From Candidatus Heimdallarchaeota archaeon (GTDB taxonomy: Archaea; Asgardarchaeota; Heimdallarchaeia; Heimdallarchaeales; Heimdallarchaeaceae), in assembly GCA_016840095.1 (NCBI GenBank), contig JAEOSZ010000033.1, forward strand, positions 1 through 22,158: a stretch of DNA of 22,158 nucleotides, in the 5' to 3' direction. Made by a program: the position numbers and the translations under genes. Of the stretch, positions 9,129 through 15,565 are shown in pieces. Each line of letters starts with the position of its first letter. The first letter of the stretch is position 1. The notes beneath the pieces are model-generated. The model had not been told where the DNA came from and did no database searches. It was given only the letters and a program-made list of their open reading frames with translations.

Positions 9129-9562
9129 AAATAAATGATTATGAATTTCCAGATGATTTGTTTTATGTTCTTGGAGAACCAGGACATATTTGGATAAAGA
9201 AAATTGATGATGTAAATATCAAGATTGGTGTAGACAATTATGCTTCTTCAAGAGCTGGAGAAATTGAATTTGTACGTACTATGCCCGTTGACAAAAGAGT
9301 AAAGAAGAATCAAGTAATTGGAACCTTCGAAAGTGGAAAATGGGTTGGTCAGATAAAATCTCCAATAGATGGTATACTTAAGGAGAAAAATACTAAACTA
9401 AAAGGTGATCCTGAACTTGTTAATTCCGATCCTTATGGAGAAGGATGGCTTCTGATTATAGAAGGTAAAACTGTTGATACCCAACTAGAAGAAGATGAAG
9501 AGATCGTTCCAGCTGGAGAGAAATTGGAGGAATATATCCTCTGGCGAATAAGCCAAGAATAA
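9125..9562 (+). CDS. gcvH: Glycine cleavage H-like lipoyl-carrier protein
   Basis: GHIWIK, IGVDNYA, FESGKWVG (lipoyl-lysine), SPIDG, PELVNSDPYGEGWL. ATGA overlap with the upstream gene. Confidence 0.88.
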   Translation: MKINDYEFPDDLFYVLGEPGHIWIKKIDDVNIKIGVDNYASSRAGEIEFVRTMPVDKRVKKNQVIGTFESGKWVGQIKSPIDGILKEKNTKLKGDPELVNSDPYGEGWLLIIEGKTVDTQLEEDEEIVPAGEKLEEYILWRISQE

Positions 9563-9602
9563 TGAGTATTTTTTGGATATAATTTACTAGATTGGTGAAA
9601 AG

Positions 9603-10430
9603 ATGTTCAACTGGTTCATTCTATTATTTGCACTTATTCAAGGAATACTAGAATGGTTGCCAGTTAGTTCAGAAGGTCAAACAGTATCGCTTCTGGTTTA
9701 TCTAACAGGTTTAGATCCTCAAGTTGCTCTCGAAATATCTATATGGCTTCATTTAGGAACACTAATAGCCGTTCTAGTAAAATATAGAAAGGAAATTTTT
9801 CAATATCTAAATTACAAAAACAGAGAAGAATCTGTCATTCAATGGAGATGGTTCATTGTTTTTAGCACCATTGGAACAGTAATAACAGGTGTTCCTTGCT
9901 TTTTCTTAGTGAGGTACTACATTACAAGTCCCAATGTAGGTGAGTATATAATGTTAGTAATTGGTGTAGCTTTGCTAGTTACAGCCTTCTTACTTTATTA
10001 CTCAGGAAAACAGAAACGAGAAGGAAAGCAAATTGAAGAATTATCAAGAGTTCAAATGACTACTAGTGGTCTTTTGCAAGGATTCTCTATTATCCCAGGG
10101 ATAAGTAGATCAGGTATAACAATGAGTGGTTTGTTACTCGTGAATACTAATAAAGAAGACACAGTGAAAGGGAGTTTTCTTATGAGTATTCCAGCTGTTC
10201 TAGGGGGATTCATTCTCAACCTTATTGCAGTTGCAATTGAAGGAGGAAACTTCTTTCCAATTGAATGGTGGCAACTATTAATTGCAGTATTGGTAACAGC
10301 TGTAATTGGTTATCTAACTATGGAATTATTTGTATTTATAGCTAGGAAATATAATTTTGCTCTAATCTGCTTGATCTTAGGAATTATTACTATCATTTTA
10401 TTCTCTTTAAAATTTGTTCCAACACCATAA
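9603..10430 (+). CDS. uppP: Undecaprenyl/polyprenyl-diphosphate phosphatase (BacA family)
   Basis: QGILEWLPVSSEG, LHLGTLIAV, IPGISRSGIT, SFLMSIPA; multiple TM helices. Confidence 0.93.
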   Translation: MFNWFILLFALIQGILEWLPVSSEGQTVSLLVYLTGLDPQVALEISIWLHLGTLIAVLVKYRKEIFQYLNYKNREESVIQWRWFIVFSTIGTVITGVPCFFLVRYYITSPNVGEYIMLVIGVALLVTAFLLYYSGKQKREGKQIEELSRVQMTTSGLLQGFSIIPGISRSGITMSGLLLVNTNKEDTVKGSFLMSIPAVLGGFILNLIAVAIEGGNFFPIEWWQLLIAVLVTAVIGYLTMELFVFIARKYNFALICLILGIITIILFSLKFVPTP

Positions 10431-10625
10431 TAGCTATCCAAAAACCCTCTAGAAAAACTATGGAGGATTTTACTAACTGAACGTTTAAATAATTCGGATT
10501 GAATATGCATTAATTACTAGTTGCTAAAGTTACAGTTAGCGAAAACATTAAATTAGAAATAACTATATTAGAATTGTTCAAACTTTGCAATTCCAGCTCG
10601 AACATTTGAATAAAAAGGTGAAGAA

Positions 10626-11636
10626 ATGTCCTTCTATGAGTTCCGTAAGCGTATTTTGGAAGAGAAACAAAAAAGAGAAAAACAGCAAGGCAAACAAGAG
10701 CGGACAGGGGGAGTAAATCAAGAAACTGTTGTAGGGAGAAACAAGTTTAGTGTTGCATTGTTAGGTCTGGAAAGAGCTGGTAAAACATCCTTAGTTAAGA
10801 AACTGCTTAAACAAGAAGATATCGTAGTTAGACCAACATATGGAGTTAATCTAGAAAACTACCAATATAGAGATCTAAATTTCACTTGTTTTGATTTAGG
10901 TGGTCATCAACCATTCAGATTAAGTTTGTGGAAGAAATTTATTGAAAGAGCTGACTCAGTCATATATCTAGTTGATTCATCTGACCATGTTAGATTTGAA
11001 GAATCAAAACAAACTTTCTGGCATTATATTAATTTTGCAAAGCAAAGTGCTCCAGTACTATTTCTGGCTAACAAAAGTGATTTACCCAATTCTAAAGAAC
11101 TATCTGAAATTAATTCAGCATTTGAGTTAGACAAGTTCCTAAGAAATCTCAGACCATTCAACATAAAGAAAGTTTCAGCATTAACTGGTCAAGGTGTCTA
11201 TGAGGCTTGGGATTGGGTTGTAGATGTTCTTTGTGGAGCTCAACAATGGAAAGTAAAAATCGGAGCAGCTGTATTATCCGATATTGATGGTAATATTATA
11301 TCTGAAGCAATTTTCGGTAAGCCTTCTGATCAAGCTGAAATTGCCAATGATTTCAAGAAACTTAAAGAGTTAACAAGAATGTTTGCTATTGAATCAAAAG
11401 AAAGCATACAATCTGTTAAATTGGAGAGTTTGTTTAAGAAACATGTTAGTCATGTTAAAAGAGGAGCTTACTGCTTGTCTGTAATGATTGATCCAATTGA
11501 TCCTGTTACAAGAGCTCAGCAAATCCAGCTTAGGATTCTTGAGAACTTCAGTCGTAATCCAACAGAAGTTAAAAGGAGTCTCAGCGAAGTTTTTGAGAGT
11601 AAGTTTCCATTAGAAGTTGAAGGAGGAATCCGATAA
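10626..11636 (+). CDS. Arf/Sar-family small GTPase fused to a C-terminal longin/roadblock-like domain
   Basis: G1 GLERAGKT, G2 PTYG, G3 DLGGH, Arf-family R...LW, G4 ANKSD, G5 VSALTG, W..W helix. C-terminal ~125 aa with AAVLSDIDGNII...LSVMID pattern. AAGGTGA SD upstream. Confidence 0.9.
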   Translation: MSFYEFRKRILEEKQKREKQQGKQERTGGVNQETVVGRNKFSVALLGLERAGKTSLVKKLLKQEDIVVRPTYGVNLENYQYRDLNFTCFDLGGHQPFRLSLWKKFIERADSVIYLVDSSDHVRFEESKQTFWHYINFAKQSAPVLFLANKSDLPNSKELSEINSAFELDKFLRNLRPFNIKKVSALTGQGVYEAWDWVVDVLCGAQQWKVKIGAAVLSDIDGNIISEAIFGKPSDQAEIANDFKKLKELTRMFAIESKESIQSVKLESLFKKHVSHVKRGAYCLSVMIDPIDPVTRAQQIQLRILENFSRNPTEVKRSLSEVFESKFPLEVEGGIR

Positions 11637-12632
11637 TTGAGTAATTATCTTTCTTTTATCCGTGATAAGTTGATTTCTTCTCAAGAGCAGAAGATACCCC
11701 AACTTGTTATTTTGGGATTGGAAGGATCTGGAAAATCCAGTGTTGTCAGTCGTTTGTTATATGGAACTGTTTCAGATGGACAACCTCCGCAACTAACTTG
11801 TTATATTAATGTTACTTATGGTAAATCTGTTATCACTGTTCTTGAAGCAGATGAAGAAACTGCAAGAGAAAGCCCATACTTTCAAGACATCTTAGGAAAA
11901 ATAGATGGAATTGTTTTTGTCATCGATGCACAATCCGTACGTCATATCGAGGCATCTTTCGAATATATCTTTAGTTTATTTGATAAGATTCCACAAACTA
12001 CATCCATTTTGTTCTTAGCTAATAAAACCGATTTACCTGATGCAGTACCTTTCCCAGATTTATTGCAGGATCCAGCTTTTCAAGTCATTATGGATGATAT
12101 CAATCGTTCAGTTTCTATTTATCCTGTTAGTATAAAGACTGGTGAAAATTTCTATACAGCTTTCGACTGGATAATATCCAGGATGACTGGAAGAACACCA
12201 TTACGAGAAGAAGTCAATCCAAAACGAGTTATTATTCTTCAAGAGGGTGGAGTTCCAGCGTTTGATCACACATTTGACAAATCAATAGAGGAACATGATA
12301 GTACTTTACTAGGTGGTTTAATTAGTGCTTTGAATATTATGGCTTCAACCATCTTTGAAAGTGAATCCGTCATGGATGTTGTCAAGCTTGGTTTGGTCAA
12401 AATGGTAATTAGAAAAATGGGAGGTTGGAGTATCGTTTTATTCGTTGATCGAGATGATAGTGAATCTAAAGCACAATCTCTAGCTGAAGAGATTCTTAAT
12501 GCATTCATTGAAGATAAGGAACGTGATCCAACGAAAGAAATGCCTAGACAAGTAAAATACGAGTTCTTGTCAAAAATTCCTGAAATAGCTATATTGTTAG
12601 ATCAGGTACCAATGAAAGAAGAAGAATATTGA
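11637..12632 (+). CDS. Arf-like GTPase with degenerate switch regions fused to a C-terminal longin domain
   Basis: TTG start right after the previous stop, with GGAGG SD. G1 GLEGSGKS, G4 ANKTD, G5 VSIKTG, FDWI; G3 position reads EADEE. C-terminus IILQEGGVPAF...DSTLLGGLISALNIMA...WSIVLFVD is typical of longin domains. Confidence 0.85.
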   Translation: MSNYLSFIRDKLISSQEQKIPQLVILGLEGSGKSSVVSRLLYGTVSDGQPPQLTCYINVTYGKSVITVLEADEETARESPYFQDILGKIDGIVFVIDAQSVRHIEASFEYIFSLFDKIPQTTSILFLANKTDLPDAVPFPDLLQDPAFQVIMDDINRSVSIYPVSIKTGENFYTAFDWIISRMTGRTPLREEVNPKRVIILQEGGVPAFDHTFDKSIEEHDSTLLGGLISALNIMASTIFESESVMDVVKLGLVKMVIRKMGGWSIVLFVDRDDSESKAQSLAEEILNAFIEDKERDPTKEMPRQVKYEFLSKIPEIAILLDQVPMKEEEY

Positions 12633-12641
12633 GGAGAAAAA

Positions 12642-13412
12642 ATGATAAATCCAAATGTAACAAAAGAGCCAGTTTTGGTTTTCAGTATCTTCAAAGATTA
12701 TGGACCAGATATTCTATTTAATAACTCCACACTTGAAGAAAATGTAGCTCTTACTCTAGTTATGCAAGGAATGACATTAGTAGAGATGGATAAGGGGTCA
12801 ATTGGAAGAGTTGACGGAACTAAGAATCCAAAAATGTTAGGACCAATCCCAGTTCCAGAAAATGAACACTTAAAAGCTATTGCAATTCCTTTTGAAACAG
12901 AGATTACATCCTCAACCGACGAGAGAATTACAGCTGCAGGATACAGATTATGTGTAGCCTATTTCATCTTTGACGGTAGCGCAGTTAGAGATGTTCTAGA
13001 TAGCTATGGGTTAATTGAGCCATATTTTACTTTAATTGGAAGAAGTCTGCACAAAGAGTCAGAAATCAATCCTACATCAATTAAGCAGCTCTATGTAAGG
13101 ATGATAGATATGTTCTCAGGAAAGATACCTAGAATTTTCGCAGTTAATGCAGATAATTCCCTCAAAGAAATGATTGGTAAAAGACTAGAATATGCTGACA
13201 CATATTTGCTATGTGACATAAACAAGAATGTAATGTATATCTTGTTATACAACCCATCAATGGATGTCTGGAGAAGAAGAGATATCTTCAAAGTTGCTTC
13301 TGAACTTAATTCAAGCATGTTCAGAAGTTCGATGAGAATTAAAACTATAGAAGATGTCAAAGAGATGGTAAGAATTCTTGAGATCTTGAATATAGAAATT
13401 GCTCCTGTTTAA
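12642..13412 (+). CDS. Hypothetical protein: N-terminal longin/uDENN-like domain plus C-terminal gelsolin-like repeat
   Basis: FSIFKDYGP start motif (F-x-x-F...GP as in uDENN/NPRL2-type longins). C-terminal YLLCDINKNVMYILL...RRRDIFKVASELN...IKTIE resembles a gelsolin repeat. GAGGAG SD. ORF is confident, domain calls are tentative. Confidence 0.55.
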   Translation: MINPNVTKEPVLVFSIFKDYGPDILFNNSTLEENVALTLVMQGMTLVEMDKGSIGRVDGTKNPKMLGPIPVPENEHLKAIAIPFETEITSSTDERITAAGYRLCVAYFIFDGSAVRDVLDSYGLIEPYFTLIGRSLHKESEINPTSIKQLYVRMIDMFSGKIPRIFAVNADNSLKEMIGKRLEYADTYLLCDINKNVMYILLYNPSMDVWRRRDIFKVASELNSSMFRSSMRIKTIEDVKEMVRILEILNIEIAPV

Positions 13413-13445
13413 TCCTTTCTTTTTCTTATTTTTAGCTATTTTTGA
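13413..13445 (+). terminator. Putative oligo-T terminator after the GTPase operon
   Basis: TCCTTTCTTTTTCTTATTTTT immediately after the stop, between convergent genes. Confidence 0.5.
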
Positions 13446-13448
13446 ATT

Positions 13449-13862
13449 CTAATTTGGTACATAACTCATCATAACTAAATCTTCTCGAGTGTGCCATCCT
13501 GCTTTTTTGTAAAATTCGATTACACCTTCATTATCAACTTCAATAAATAAATGAACTTTCACTATTTTCTTCTCAGTAAATCGTTTATGTAATTCTTGCA
13601 TAATTTCATTTCCTAGTCCTAATCTTTGATATTCAGGGTCAATTGCTAAATGATGTACATAACCTCTTCTTCCATCAAAAGCCCCCATCACAACTGCAAC
13701 AATTTTTTCATCTTTTTTACCAACAATAAACAGGTCTTGACTATGGTTTACTGCACGTTGAACTTCTTCTTTGGTGTCAGATTTACCTAATGATAGACCT
13801 GTTTTTTTCCAAATCTCATATACTTCAGGATACATTTCAATAGTGAATTGTTCAATTTTCAT
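13449..13862 (-). CDS. GNAT family N-acetyltransferase (YpeA-like)
   Basis: FDGRRGYVHHLAIDPEYQRLGLG acetyl-CoA motif A and N..VIEFYKKAGW motif B. Confidence 0.92.
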   Translation of the reverse strand: MKIEQFTIEMYPEVYEIWKKTGLSLGKSDTKEEVQRAVNHSQDLFIVGKKDEKIVAVVMGAFDGRRGYVHHLAIDPEYQRLGLGNEIMQELHKRFTEKKIVKVHLFIEVDNEGVIEFYKKAGWHTREDLVMMSYVPN

Positions 13863-13938
13863 TGAACAAAATTACTTTATTTGTTAAAATATCTTTTCCT
13901 ATCTAAAAATTCTAAAAGACTTAGGTTTTAGTGTTCTT

Positions 13939-14562
13939 ATGAGATCCAGAAAGGTTGTTTTACTTCTTAGTGGTGGTTTTGATAGTGGTCTTGCTGGATA
14001 TCTACTTCAAAAATCTGGTTATGAGATTATACCATTGCATCTATCGAACGTAGACTTTGCGGGAGAGGAATCAATAGAGAAGAGTATTGAACTAGCTAAG
14101 AAATTTAAGTGGAAGAAGTTTTATGTTGTTGACATTGCAGATGCTCTCCAGTCTTTTGTTGATAAGTGCAAGCATTCATATTACTTTGTTTTAATGAAAA
14201 GATTCATGCTTAAAGTTGCAGGAGAAGTAGCAAAATTAGAGGATGCTCAGTATATCGGAACTGGAGAGAGTCTTGGTCAAGTATCAAGTCAGACATTGGC
14301 CAATATATCTGTTATCGAAGAAGCAGCTGAATTCAGAGTTCTCAAACCATTAATTACTTTTGATAAGGAAAAAATAATCAATATGACAATTGAAATTCAA
14401 ACGTTTGAGATTTCTGCTGGACCTGAAGTATGTGATCTACTCGGTCCTAAACATCCTATTGTTAATGCTAATCTTGAGCATACTTTAAATGAAGAAAAAA
14501 ATCTCCAAGGTTTAAATATTGTTTCTAATTCACTCAAGAGTCTACAAGTTATTGATTTGTAG
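13939..14562 (+). CDS. thiI: ThiI-family PP-loop sulfurtransferase, catalytic domain only (no THUMP)
   Basis: LLSGGFDS PP-loop, TGESLGQVSSQTLANI, KPLITFDKEKII, FEISAGPEVC. Only 207 aa. Confidence 0.8.
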   Translation: MRSRKVVLLLSGGFDSGLAGYLLQKSGYEIIPLHLSNVDFAGEESIEKSIELAKKFKWKKFYVVDIADALQSFVDKCKHSYYFVLMKRFMLKVAGEVAKLEDAQYIGTGESLGQVSSQTLANISVIEEAAEFRVLKPLITFDKEKIINMTIEIQTFEISAGPEVCDLLGPKHPIVNANLEHTLNEEKNLQGLNIVSNSLKSLQVIDL

Positions 14563-14570
14563 TTAGAAAA

Positions 14571-15479
14571 TCAAGTAATAATTTCTTTAGTTTGTAAAAT
14601 TTCTTCAGCGATTTTATCATAATCTTCAGATGGTAATGACTGAATTCTTTCATGTCTAACTTTCTCAGCCGCTAAAGCCATACCAAAACAAATAGAATAG
14701 TCGACCTCTTGATTTTGAATGATACTTGCTAAAATTCCAGTCATTAAAACATCTCCTGCACCAGTTGGATCAGTTTCTTTTTTTACAGGCGCCTTTAATG
14801 AGAATATCGAATTATCTTCATTGTAAATAACACCTTGTGTTCCCAATGTTATTACATTAGTGATGTTCTTTGGAAGTTGTTTAAAGATATCAGAATAGGT
14901 TTTTTTCTGAGTGTAAGATTGTGCTTCATTTAAAGAAAATTTCACTATATTTGCCTGCTTTATTATCTCTTTAACACCCTCAAAATCGAATTCTAAGATG
15001 ATTTTATTGTTCTTATCGATATTTCTAACGAAACCTTGAACATCTAGCCCAATAAACTTGTGATTTTTTCTAACCCAAGGCATAGACAAACCTGAGATTT
15101 CATTGAAAACAGGAGAGATTAAACAAGCTTTGGCACCCTTCTGTTTCTTGAGAAAACTGTCAAGATTATCTGCTTGTGATTGCAAAAACATAGTTCTCTT
15201 ATCATGATAAATTCTATGTAGGAATCGAGTTGATTTTTCACTTTGAAGAATCTGCAAATCTAATCCTTTTAATGAAGAAAGATAGTGGAGAAAAGCAGCA
15301 GGAAAATCATTGCCCACAGCAGTAATAATTCTTGTTCTCAAAGAAAGAAGAGGAATAACCATTGTAGCATATGCCGGAGGCCCTCCAAGCACTGAAAATT
15401 CATTTCTTGGAGGTCCTAAGTCTAGAAACTCTTTATCATCTAGAACAAGATGACTTACAATATTCAGGTCTGTTGGCAC
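14571..15479 (-). CDS. PfkB/ribokinase family carbohydrate kinase
   Basis: GGPPAY, AVGND, LDVQGFVR, ITLGTQG, DPTGAGD anion-hole motif. GTG start. Confidence 0.88.
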   Translation of the reverse strand: MPTDLNIVSHLVLDDKEFLDLGPPRNEFSVLGGPPAYATMVIPLLSLRTRIITAVGNDFPAAFLHYLSSLKGLDLQILQSEKSTRFLHRIYHDKRTMFLQSQADNLDSFLKKQKGAKACLISPVFNEISGLSMPWVRKNHKFIGLDVQGFVRNIDKNNKIILEFDFEGVKEIIKQANIVKFSLNEAQSYTQKKTYSDIFKQLPKNITNVITLGTQGVIYNEDNSIFSLKAPVKKETDPTGAGDVLMTGILASIIQNQEVDYSICFGMALAAEKVRHERIQSLPSEDYDKIAEEILQTKEIIT

Positions 15480-15565
15480 AATCTTTCTTTATAAACATTG
15501 TACTTAAGTTTTATTGCAGAAATAAGTTGGAAAGATTTTTGAAGGAGGAAAGTCAATATATAGAC

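Noticed and set aside
10431-10625. 195-nt intergenic region as a possible ncRNA or CRISPR remnant
   Set aside because: AT-rich with no repeats, tRNA cloverleaf or convincing stable hairpin seen; most likely the promoter region of the GTPase operon.
10626-12632. Direct orthology to Rag/Gtr GTPases
   Set aside because: G4 is NKxD with Arf-type GL.xAGK and LW signatures rather than the Rag HKxD; the similarity to Rags is architectural only.
15371-15565. Longer N-terminus for the membrane protein as given in the ORF track
   Set aside because: It overlaps the divergent pfkB gene and its promoter region; ATG 15566 gives a clean 86-nt intergenic gap.
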